Positions 1-10,397 of a stretch of DNA of 64,000 nucleotides are shown here, one piece after another. Under the pieces are notes generated by a model that was not told where the DNA came from, searched no databases, and saw nothing but the letters and a program-made list of their open reading frames with translations. Location: contig MU058153.1 of NCBI GenBank assembly GCA_013265495.1, positions 436,001 through 500,000 of the forward strand, written 5' to 3'. Source of the stretch: Vicugna vicugna. Taxonomy: Eukaryota. Every line of letters begins with the position of its first letter. Within the stretch, counting starts at the first letter, position 1. The position numbers were made by a program, and so were the translations under genes.

Positions 1-1433
1 AGCTATTTCCCCTTGTTCAGCTCTATTCAGAAGTAGATTTCCTATACAATAACTCCTCTTATATATGAAGGCTGTTATTAAAGAACAGCCCTGGGGATTG
101 TCCAGAGAGGGGTGGAGGCTGCAAAATGGGACAACTGCAACTGGGATGTGCATTGTGTTCTGTCTCCAGGCTGAGAAACCAGTCTGTTTTCAGGAAAAAC
201 AGACATTCCTGTTTCATCACAGCAGGAAGGAGAGGAGCTTTCTGAACAGAACAGAGAAATACAATGGCACCGACTTACACAATGCAGACTCATAATGGAA
301 AACAAATTTGACCCACTTTATAACAAAGAACCCACTCCCCTTGGTGCTTTGATGGTCCCATTAGCTGTCTTTGGGCTCACAGAAATTAATGACACCATAT
401 TGCCTGATTATTCCTAACCTTCTTTTCATCAAGGCCTGTTTAGAGTGATGAGAGTTGACAAAAAGCTGATCATCAGTTGGGCCCAGATTATGTAGATGAA
501 CAGAGAGATCTGAAAAAGAACACTCAAAGAGTTTGCCAGAAGATAATTGGTGTGTTATTTTAGCCGGATGAAGTAAAATATAATAGAAGGAGAAGAGAAG
601 AGCTTGATTTTTAGCCAGTTGAATAGTCTTTAAGTCATACCCAAGGTAGAGAAGGGTGTCTGGAAAAAATGGTCTTTGGGTCTTTATGATAGATGTTTCA
701 GCTTAAAATGAAAGAGAACTTAGATTCATTAATTGCCTGCCTCACACCAGGAACTGTCACATATTTTCTCTACGTTTCTGTTGGGGCTAAAGAGGCCTGA
801 TACACAATACCCTTTCTTTTCTCCACTGAAGTTCAGAAGCAATTGAGAGGCAGACACAGGAAACTGACAGGAGATGAAAATATTGGCTTTATGATGAATG
901 GAGCTGGTGGAAGACGTGACTCAGATGCAACCATGTGTACCTGCAAACATACCCCAACCTATCCCAAATTACAGGCCCAATCCATGGAGGGAAAAAGTGA
1001 GACTGCAGAATATTTAGAGAGGGAAGAGAGAGAAAGGAGCCAAACTCTTTAAGTGAAGCTGAATCTTACATACTTAACTATCAGAAGAGTAACTACCCTT
1101 AAGTGAGGAAATCCATGGTGTTAGTTACTCCAGCGGAAGTCCCATGGAAACGTGAGGAGTTGGGGGAAAAGGGTTCCCTGCTAACATTTTCCTTTATTTT
1201 ATGGTTACAATGTTATGAGATACTTGTTGGAGACAAACATTTCTATTTCCCAAGAGCCACATTTCCATATATGCAAGAAATTGTTCTCCCTCCATACCCT
1301 GGGAGAGAAAACCATTAGAATATTCCTGACCTTTTTTACTGGCCCTCCTACTTCCCAGGTCTTTCCCAAAGGAGGACAGGTGACCTATCTGATTGGTGAA
1401 TTTAAGAACAAGAACAGAGTAAGCTTGATTTAA
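1..1433 (+). pseudogene. Decayed endogenous viral glycoprotein-like gene, C-terminal half (chuvirus/Jingchuvirales G-like); 5' part lies outside the window
   Basis: One frame, 693-1052, reads MFQLKMKENLDSLIACLTPGTVTYFLYVSVGAKEA*YTIPF...ENIGFMMNGAGGRRDSDATMCTC with one internal stop. This follows the recalled chuvirus G pattern G(E/T)V-x-Y...V-x-A(R/K)E...CY-x-x-(L/I)P...F(L/M)...A...C, with the TGA at 798 where the Cys is expected. A TM-like segment PWKREELGEKGSLLTFSFILWLQCYEILVG is at 1142-1231. Several N-x-S/T sequons occur in translations of 1-420. No search was run. Confidence 0.55.
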
Positions 1434-1474
1434 CCACCTCTGTCTTTGTCACTTGGATCTTCTGGCCTTCAGAG

Positions 1475-3370
1475 ATGTCCGTCTTGACAGCAAACTTACT
1501 TGAGCATATTTTCTGTCCTTGTAGGGAAGCCTGAGGTTGTCCCTTTATGCTTAGGACTTGATAGGTTGGGCTCAGCTATTCAGGGTGAATATTAGAAAGC
1601 TTGTTGTGACCACGTAGCTAAGCACGTCTCCATTCAGCTTTATTTAGAATAAAGCTGGCAACGTTAGCATTCTAGAATTACTCTAGTGAGAGTGATTAAC
1701 TCTTGTTCAGTTCTAACTCAGTATTTGTTGGTTCCCTGAACCTACCAACATCATGGGCCTTAGTCTGCAGCTTTGAAAAAATTGGTGCCACGGATGGTGG
1801 CACAAAGATGGCACAGATTTGAAGATTGTTGATAGAGCCTAGGATGGTGACTTCAGTCTTAGGAGTTGGACATGGATAACAAAGACCACACACTCTGACA
1901 AGTAAAAGCTGCTAACTGTTTCTAGTTTTTACAGATGCAGAGATAACGTTTAATAGGAGTCCAGGCTTTTGGGGTCCTAGTGAGAAGCAACACGGCGTTG
2001 GTGCGTGAGCTGTTGCAGGTGATACTGGCTGACGTGATCAGAAACAGATTTTACCCGAGCAAACGACACGACATGTTGGAATGGGAGTAAGACTTTCATT
2101 ACTAGTCAGAAACTATTTTAAACTAGCAGAATTTGAGTATATAGGCCTCTTGGAATGGGAAGATTGGGCAATATTTTGCTGCTTTTATTTGGTGAATCAG
2201 CTGTGCCTACGACATGGGATATGACACTACAAAGGCATCTGGCTTCCATGGAGCCCCGGTGTGTGGTTCCTGCCAGGCACAGTAGGTGAAACTCGGTCCA
2301 ACGTTCAAGCACTGTTTTTTTGTTTGTTTGTTTGTTTTGTTACTTTGAACAGCATTTAGAGCCAACAGAAAGAACTGGACTGTGGCAAAGCTCTTTGGCT
2401 CATGGGCTTTGTCATTGCTAAAGGTTTAAACCCTCATCAAATGGTGTCACATTGGCTCCAGATAGGTTAATTACTTAGTCTTTGAATATAATTAAACATA
2501 TCAGAGTCCTTGACTGTATTTTTGTTGACTAGAGGGTAGAAAATTTTATTGAAAGGATGTGAGCCCTTACTATACACGGGCTATTGGCTTTTTTTTTTTA
2601 AACTTAGAAAAGCAACTTCATGTATTGTTATTTTGCATCCAATGGCTAATAAGCCAATAAAGAAGGCCAGAAAGGCCTGTAGTTGGAACATTCTCTCAAA
2701 GAAACAGTTTTGCTCAGAAAGTCAAGGAGGAACTGGATTGCTTCAGGAAAAAAAAGGAATAACCTAAATTTTACTCTAAGTGCCAGAATCAGAGCAATGA
2801 AGTAATAAAAGAAAAGTAAAAAGACACATGGCATGATTAAACTGAAAGAAGAGAGATATTTCACAGAGAAAGATTGACAGGTAGATTGGATAGATACATA
2901 CAGGAAATTAAATATTGGAAGCCAGGCTAGACACACCTGAAAGGGAAAAGAGATGCACCCAGGCTGAACTGCTTTTAACAGGGGGCATGAAAAAGGGCAG
3001 ATGTCTTGATTGTCACTAGATCAACGGATATCTAGGATCAAAATAAATCTCACAGCAAAGAAGAGACATAATCTCAGTGAGAGACCCAGGAGTCCTAGAG
3101 AGACCATTCAGAGAGATCCTCTAAAACTTGTAGATAGAAGCTAAAAGAACAACTGGAACCATTCCTTGAAGAATGGTTAAAAGAAAAAGGAGAAGAAGGA
3201 GAAGGAAATGGAGGGATCTGAGAGTGAAAGAACAGAATCTGTGTAGACGATCTTAAGCTGTATGAGATGACTGCCGAGGTGACATATCTACCGTAATCCC
3301 CTGTGCACTGAGGGAATACGTTTAAGAAATTCATGGAGTTAGAATTCTGTGGGAATAAAGAAGGATGACA
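1475..3370 (+). pseudogene. Decayed endogenous negative-strand RNA virus nucleoprotein-like gene (chuvirus/Mononegavirales N fold); ends uncertain
   Basis: FGVLVRSNTALVRELLQVIL (1968-2027); YIGLLEWEDWAIFCCFYLVNQLCLRHGI*...PWSPGVWFLPGTVGETRSNVQAL (2138-2314); in the same frame MGFVIAKGLNPHQMV (2402-2446), then after a frameshift TLAPDR (2449-2466); then a charged helical tail. Motif order fits the N core of chu-, borna-, paramyxo- and filoviruses as recalled. Confidence 0.5.
2314..2342. repeat. T-run/(TTTG)n microsatellite inside the N-like remnant
   Basis: tttttttgtttgtttgtttgttttgtt is directly visible. Confidence 0.85.
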
Positions 3371-3556
3371 CATACTAAAGGGGAACCAGGCTAGACAAGA
3401 ACAGACCAAGCTGAGGTCTGTGTTATTGAGCAGGGAGAGTAAGTTCCTGTCTGAGTTTTTCTACCTCGAAGGGTTAACCTTAAATAATACTTGCTTAAAC
3501 AGTGAATTTTTTGGCAGATCCCAAATTATCAATATAATATCTCTTCAAAATAGAGG

Positions 3557-4660
3557 ATGAAACAGGACAAAATCTAAGAAGTAAAGCTCCTAAAAATAGA
3601 AATAACTTAAAAATGGGGGCCAGAAAGGAATATAAAAGCGCGAGAGAAGAAAAATCCTCAGATCCAGCAATTCCTACGAGCCCTACCTGTGGGAGAGAAG
3701 GAAAGGGCCAGGATACTATGTGAGAATCTCAACGGAAGTTCCCCCAAAGTGGTGGGATTGACAGAAGTAAAGAGAGCAGAAGAAATATATCGATATTCTA
3801 CTACTGAGAACAAAAATCTTGAAAAAATTTCAGCAGCCATTGAAGTGACATAAGTTATTAAAGTCCAAAAAATTTAAAAGTCAGGGAAGGGCAAGGGATC
3901 AGAAAAGAAAACATGGCAAAGGTATTCATTCTCATGATACCCTTCGGAGTTTCAATATCAGAAGGATTAGCAGAATGTGTTGAGGGTGAACCTTCAGCAA
4001 AATCTAAATCAAGAATGAAGTGGAAACGTCTCCTACGAGGGAGGCTTTATAAGCTCAGTTGATGCAGCGGCAGGAAATAGCAGCAGTAGTCACTTTAGCA
4101 CCAGACTAGAATGACCTGCTGAAAAGTGGTGCAGAGACCAGGATCTTGTTCAGTGCTAGAGTGGCAGACGCTTAAGGCTTACAGGTGAAAGGGATATTGA
4201 AGAGTTTCGGATATCCTGGATGAGAAACTAAGGCAACTCAAAGAAGATCAAGCAACTGGGAATGCCACCATCACCCATCCTTAAAATGTGTAAGGAGGTG
4301 ATGGACACAGGATGAAAGTAGAGTGCAGTTTTGGGTGTGGCTTTTCCCTTAGAGAGCGCACGTGGAACCACCGTTAATCTCTTGAATAGAAGTCTCTGCA
4401 AATGAAGTTTAAACTCACAAGTCAGGGATGGGTGACAGCGTAAGAAACCAAAGTTTACTTCATCTACCCAACTTGTCTCAGGTAGAAACAAATCTCTGCT
4501 TGATGTGTGGCAAAAGATGTCTGGATTATACAAATATCCGAGTGCAGATGACCTCATTTTGTTTGGCGAGCTGTACCAGGGGATGGGTTTTTGCTTGTTT
4601 CTAAATATGGTAGCTGTAGGCTGGTGCTGTGATAAAATTGTCTTTCCCAGTATCATTTTG
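3557..4660 (+). pseudogene. Decayed coding-like tract of unknown identity, possibly the third gene of the viral element
   Basis: Stop-free 80-codon run at 3611-3850 (KWGPERNIKAREKKNPQIQQFLRALPVGEKERARILCENL...ISAAIEVT), with further open runs downstream. Same purine skew as 1-3400 and no recognisable repeat. Confidence 0.3.
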
Positions 4661-4684
4661 TACTCTTTAAATAAGGTGCCCTGA

Positions 4685-5560
4685 CAGCATGCCCTGAGAA
4701 AAATATGACATCACTTTTGTAGGATTCCTGCCAAAAGTATATAATCTGAATCTAATCATGAGGAAACATCAGGCAAATCCAAATTGAAGGAGAGTCTACA
4801 AAATCACTGGCTTATCGTTTTCAAAAACTGCCAAGGTCATGAAAGGCAAAGAAAAACTTTGAAAGACAAAAAACATAAAAGTCAAAAACAACTTGGAAGA
4901 CAAACACTACCCACTAAAGGAGATTAAAGACACAGGACAACTAAACCACACGCCTGGTCCTGGATGTAATCTGGAAAATGGATATTCCATTGGTGAAGTC
5001 TAGACAAGGCCCTAGACTAGATACCACTTTGTATCAGTATTAATATCCTGATTGGAAAAAAATATACTGTGGTTATGTAAAAGAATATCCTTTTTATAGA
5101 GGTAGAGAGATCTCATGTTTTCAATTTACACTTTTTTTTTTTCTTGAAAAAGAGAGTGACTCATAAAACAAGTGTGGTCAATGTTAACATTCGGAGAATC
5201 TGGGTGAGGGGTATACAGGTAACATTGCTAGATTTTGCAAATAAAAACATAGAACAACTAGTTAAATTTGAATTTCAGACAAGTAATGGATATTTTGTAT
5301 CAGAGATTTGTCTTAAATGTTGCGTGGGATATATAAATGTTTAAAAATAGTTGTTTCTTTGAAATTCAAATGTGTCTGGATGTTTTGGATTTTATTTTTA
5401 ATATTTGGGGCATACTTATATTAAAACAATTATTCATTGTTTACATGAAATTCAGATCTAACTAGACGGTCGATGTTTTTCTTGCAGCCTTCCATGAAGC
5501 ATTTCTTTGTGCCATTTTTGCAACCTTCTTATAAGGCTTCAATTCTTTCAAGATAAAAAG
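4685..5560 (+). mobile_element. Old LINE-1 3' UTR fragment (L1MC-type), interrupted by a MER53-like MITE
   Basis: catcacttttgtaggattcctgccaaaa...aatctaatcatgaggaaacatcaggcaaatccaaattgaagg matches the recalled L1MC 3' end. Confidence 0.7.
5222..5480. mobile_element. MER53-like hAT MITE (palindromic)
   Basis: Inverted arms gttaaatttgaatttcaga ... tgaaattcaaatgt / tgaaattcagatctaact, with the core gggcatacttatattaaaa. Confidence 0.7.
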
Positions 5561-6292
5561 AAAAAATGTACGGTATACAAGAGACTAGGGTCAGATTCAT
5601 TCCTGTTTAGCAATTTTAAGGGACTTGCATCGATTACAGTTAAGGGGGGAGAAAGCATCCTTCTACCTAGAAATTTGACTCAGCATCCTACCGAAAGCCT
5701 GGAAAATAGAAATAGGGAAGGACTATAAGCAGTGAGATTTAGTTTACTTGGATCTTACCATGTAGTTGCATTTTGTTTTTGTTTTAATCTCCACTAAAAA
5801 TTCGATAAGAGGAAGGAGGTTATATTAAATTGGAGGGATTTTTGTTTTGCTGGCATTGCATTATTGGAGTTTATTTATACTATCACCTAAAGTCACCATC
5901 TAACATCTGGTACAATATATTAGATGACCTGCTTGCACGTATTTTGAAATGAGAAATGGAACCCCAAGTGTTAATTTTCAGCCTAGGGTACAGCAGGGTC
6001 TTAGAGTTAAATAATGTGCTGTTCTGAGATATTTCTGAGCCTTCTGGAGGCGTGCAGGGGGGCAAAACGTTGCCCACTAGCAGTGCCAGGAGAATCACCG
6101 GAGGGCCAGTGAGCAGTTGGTGTTAGGGAGGGTCGAACATGGTTTAATGTGACAGGGAGGTAAGTCTGTCTTATTGGAGGTAAAAGGTCAGAGGGTGAAT
6201 TATAGCCTCTTATTTAAGCTGCATCCTCTACTCAGCTATCAGTAACAAAGCCAGATTTTCATTTTCACTTTCCAAATTGTGTATTCTAATTT

Positions 6293-6787
6293 TCATTTTT
6301 AAAACAGCTTTATTGGAGTTTAATTTATATATAAAACTGCATATACTTAATATACACAATGTAGTGAGTTTGGACATATGCCCATACCTATGATACTCTC
6401 AGCAAAACCAAGGTAGCAGACATACCCCTCACCTCCCAAGTTCTCTTGTGCTGCCCCCCTTTCTTTTTTTTTTTTTAGTGTGGTAACAACAATTAACATG
6501 AGATCTATTCTTGTAGCACAATTTTAAGTGTGCAATACTGTGTTGTTAACTACGAAAACAATGTTGTCCAATGGATCTCTAGAACTTACTCATCTTGCAT
6601 AACTGAAACTTTATATACATTGAACAGCAACTCCCCATTTCCTCCTCTCCCCAGTCCTCCCCAGCAATCACTGTTCTGCTCTTGACTTCTATAAGTTTGA
6701 CTATTTTGAATGCCTCATGCACGTGGAATCATACAATATTGTCTCTCTGAGCCTGGCTTATTTTGCTTAGCATAATGTCCTCCAGGT
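6293..6787 (-). mobile_element. LINE-1 3' end (L1MA/L1MB-like)
   Basis: cagctttattggag...gatctctagaacttactcatcttgcataactgaaactt...ggcttattttgcttagcataatgtcctccagg, the typical antisense L1 3' UTR. Confidence 0.85.
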
Positions 6788-7439
6788 AGATTCAATCTCT
6801 CAATCCTAAACTTTGGATGGGGAAGAAAAGACTGTTACCTGATTCCCCTCCCTCTCCCAGACTCTTAGCAGCAACTGTAGATGAGGTAAGAGGGAATGTG
6901 GTTAAGTATCTTCCTCCAGGTCACATTTATAGAAAGTCTTAAACCCAAATTTAAATCCTGGTTTACTTCACTCCAGTGTTTACATTTTTCCATCTCTATG
7001 ACCATCATTAATAATGTAATGATATTATCTAATAGCTACGTAATAATCATAACATTCACCCCCAGTATCAATACCCATTCTTGTTCCCTACACTGCATGG
7101 CCTCTTGTCTGTCTGCATTGGTCTAACATATATACAGTATTTAATGCGGAATTGATAATGAAATGAGATACTAAGTGTTCAGTATTTCATGAACTGCTAC
7201 TGTCTTATTCTGTTGGTGGAGTAGAAACTACTAATCATTTTAAATAATAATAATTTATCTCAGCTCTATGAAGGAGCAACATAAAAACCTCAGTTTACTC
7301 ATTCAATTCCCAATTCAATTCTTCTTTGTCAAGTTATTCTAAGATTTTCCCTCAAGTTATGAACCAGAGAGCAGACTTTCTTTTCCTTACCAAACCACTG
7401 TACTTTCTGTGATAGATAATACAGTATCATTCAGCACAA

Positions 7440-7577
7440 ACTCACCTGCAGCCTGAAGGAAAGCCATCTCAACCAACTCACAGTCTTTTTGAGAGAGAAA
7501 ATTAAATGCTCATAGTGAGCCACTGAGGTTTTATAGTGATTTGTTATGCAGTATTATTGCATAGCTGACTCTTACAA
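7440..7577 (+). mobile_element. MLT1 (MaLR) LTR 3' fragment
   Basis: Terminus agccactgaggttttatagtgatttgttatgcag...agctgactcttaca. Confidence 0.55.
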
Positions 7578-9092
7578 ATTACTCCCAATCTTGTTTGAGA
7601 AGCCACTAGGGAAAATACCTTTTGTAGGGAGCGTGCATTAATCCATTCTCTCTGTTGCTCTCACGTTTCTAACCGCTGTATAATGCAGAGAGAGTGAGTG
7701 CACTGTGGTACATTATGTGGTAGAGTGAGGGGGTGGTTACCCGCTGCAGCACTTCTCAGCTGTCTTCCTCGGAGACATGCGTGATGGATGGTGTTTACGT
7801 GAACGGCACCGTCCCAGGAGGGTCCCTAGGAATTCTTGGCAAGCTAGCTGTAACTCTACCAGCCCTTTCCAAGTCAAGATAGCGTACTGTAATAGATGGA
7901 AAAGTGAGAGTGATTTTTTTACAGAGATACTCTCGAATCACTTTAAATGTGTATAAAAATAATGTTCATGAACATTAATATTTTAATATTAATCTGCCTA
8001 ACAGCTAATCATGACTTGAACTGTGTGTCATTGTAAGCAGAAACTATTGTAGAGGAATAAATAAGAACCTTATTCCTTATTTTATGGAAGCCTGTTATCT
8101 TCTACCTCAGGAGTTGAAATCATGTATTACACCTCAGATTGCATACTGCTGTATCTGGCATACAGTATACACTCAATAATTTCCACTCACTTTCTTCTTC
8201 GTCTCCTCTGGTCCTTCCCTTCAGTGGTCTTCTCAAGATAAGAGACACTTCTACCCTTCTAACACTGGAGAGAAAAATACCCATTTTTCACCCCTGAAAC
8301 TACTGTTTTGTATGGTCTCATCACTTGTTGGATTTTGTAAAGGAAAACAATGTGAAACTCCCGCTAGCTGCTGTCAGATCCCTTTTCCTGTTGCACAGTG
8401 TGCTGCTTAAGACATCTCATTCCAATATCATTGCGTTGCAAGTACTTGCAGTTATTAAAACAGACTCATTTCAGCTATCACAACAGGCTTAGTTTGCTCC
8501 GTTTAACATTTTTCTCTTCTACTTAAAGCTCTCTTATTCCACCAGGTGTCGGTGAGACTCGTGGTTCTAGTCCAGGACTTGGAACTGAGAAGGGCTGTAT
8601 ACATCCCATTTTCTCTTTCTACCATCCGTGACTTCATTCTCTTTTCTGCCTTTACTTCTCTGATGTCACAATAAGGAATAAAGGGAAGAAAACTTGGCAT
8701 TACCTTATGGCAGGTTAGCTGTCTCCTTTCTCAGTAGTAATTGCTAATCACTTCTGTGGCTTTTGTTTGCATTTTGAGGTCTGCTGAAGCCACACTAACG
8801 CTGAATGGTATCTCACTTTCCTTTTGTGCAGAAAGTGCTCAACTTCTCGTTCCTTCCTGGGGACATATTTGTTGGTTCTTTTGAATAGTTCTTGTGGTGG
8901 TCTCCTCTTACTTAATCTCCGGGGATAAAACGTCTGACGGGGACTCAGCTTCTTCATCCCTAATTTTCAGCCTTCATTCCACTTGGTATTTCCTCACACC
9001 TTTGTATGTATACTCCCCTAATCCAGAAGATACCCCGTAGGAGAAGCAGTGCAGTGCAAGCCCTACGCAGCTAGCTGCAGCTAGCAGTAACT

Positions 9093-9140
9093 TGTCGTCC
9101 TGAATGGTAGAACCGCATGTCGTCCTGAATGGTAGAACCG
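9093..9140. repeat. Direct tandem duplication, 23-bp identical core with 25-bp period
   Basis: tgtcgtcctgaatggtagaaccg at 9093-9115 and 9118-9140. Confidence 0.95.
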
Positions 9141-9456
9141 TCAGCATGCTCTTTCATAACTCTGCTATGTCCCTCTCTTGCTCTGTCTGCTCCAGTTGTA
9201 TGTGGAAGGTCCACAGACTCTGTGGCTTAATGGACATTGTGTCAGTGAATGAAATCCTAGGCTTTCCTTCTTGTAAGACGTCCTGCACTTTACTCATTTA
9301 TCCCTTCATGTCCTCTTCTCCTCAGCTTCAGAGAGGGGAAACAGGCGGCCTGTCCTAGGGTTATACTTTCCTTCACATGCCTATTTTCTTCTCACTCCTT
9401 GTTCCCACCTTTTAACTGCCCTCAGAATATGCAGACAAACCAATCTGATGTCTTTT

Positions 9457-9581
9457 TATTTTGGTGGTGGGAGGTAATTAGGTTTTCATTTATTTATTTT
9501 TAGTGGAAGTTCTAGGGATTCAACCTAGGAACTTGTGCATGCTGGGCCTACACTCTACCACTGAGCTAGACCCCCTCTCCC
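9457..9581 (-). mobile_element. tRNA-derived SINE, camelid-type
   Basis: Reverse strand shows an A-box (tagctcagtggtaga), a B-box-like ggttgaatcc and an aaataaat/aacctaattacctc tail. Flanking degenerate TSD caatctgatgtctttt (9441-9456) / caatttgacatctttt (9582-9597). Confidence 0.85.
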
Positions 9582-9704
9582 CAATTTGACATCTTTTGTG
9601 CTTGGAACAAACCTGGAATCTCAAGCAAAGAACCATCCTTCTCCAAACACTGCCTAGATTATTTAACAATTAGGTTCTCAAGAGAGCACCATCTCAACCA
9701 TGAA

Positions 9705-10060
9705 AGATGATGTGATGTTCACCAAATACTCTTCCTTCCCACCTCCATGGATATGGCATCCTCCTCCTCACCCCATCAACCTTGAGCTCGGTCATGTGAT
9801 TGTATTTGGCCAATGGAATGTGAATAGATGTGATTCAGCAGAGGCTTTAAAACACCTGTATGGTTTAGCCTGTACTCTTGTCAGGGCCATGAGGAGACTA
9901 TGCCCCAGGGAGTTGCTGCTATTTTGGGCTTGGTTTCAGAATAGAAGACATAGAGAGCAGACTTGAACCCAAGCCCAGGCAAGCCACTGCTGACTTGGTG
10001 AGAAATGACTGTTATTTTCAGCCACTGAGATTTGGGGTTATTTGCTGAAATAATATATGT
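9705..10060 (+). mobile_element. MLT1 (old MaLR) LTR
   Basis: ggtcatgtgattgtatttggccaatggaatgtg...agccactgagatttggggttatttg. Confidence 0.7.
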
Positions 10061-10120
10061 CAAGTCAAATCTCTGTGCTTTTTATAATCTCAGTGCCTCA
10101 CACTAAATCTCTTCTACATT

Positions 10121-10282
10121 CGGGGCCAGCTTCTTGGATGTGTGAGCTATGCAGTCACCAGTGTCCTGATTCTTGGTTTAGTGCTGTATGGTTACTATCT
10201 TGAAATTATTAATAAATTTTGGACAACAGGCCCTGTATTTTCATTTTTCATTGTATTCCATCAAATTGTGTAGCTAGTCCTG
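10121..10282 (+). mobile_element. MER91-like hAT-Tip100 MITE
   Basis: ggggccagcttc...cttgaaattattaataa...ttttcatttt...aaattgtgtagctagtcctg. Confidence 0.65.
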
Positions 10283-10397
10283 TATCTGACTTAGGTATTT
10301 TAATGGGAATTTGTCAGAGAGCAAACAGCAGCCTTATCTTGCAGCATGATAACTCTGGTTTTTGCTTCATGATATGATACACACAGGCGTATTCACA

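Noticed and set aside
1215..1433. Resemblance of ORF 1215-1433 to the filovirus VP35 C-terminus
   Set aside because: Only a few scattered residues match. VP35 upstream of NP contradicts filovirus gene order, and a glycoprotein TM plus tail explains the region better.
1399..3330. tttaagaa at ~1401 and ~3321 as viral gene-end signals
   Set aside because: The motif is too short and common in AT-rich DNA and lacks the following A-run.
2720..3340. Short matches to recalled Ebola NP (FRKKK~FHQKK, RERL~KERL, WLKEK~WLTEK, KFME~KFMA)
   Set aside because: Short, K/E-rich and wrongly spaced; not enough to call the element filoviral, though a profile search should test it.
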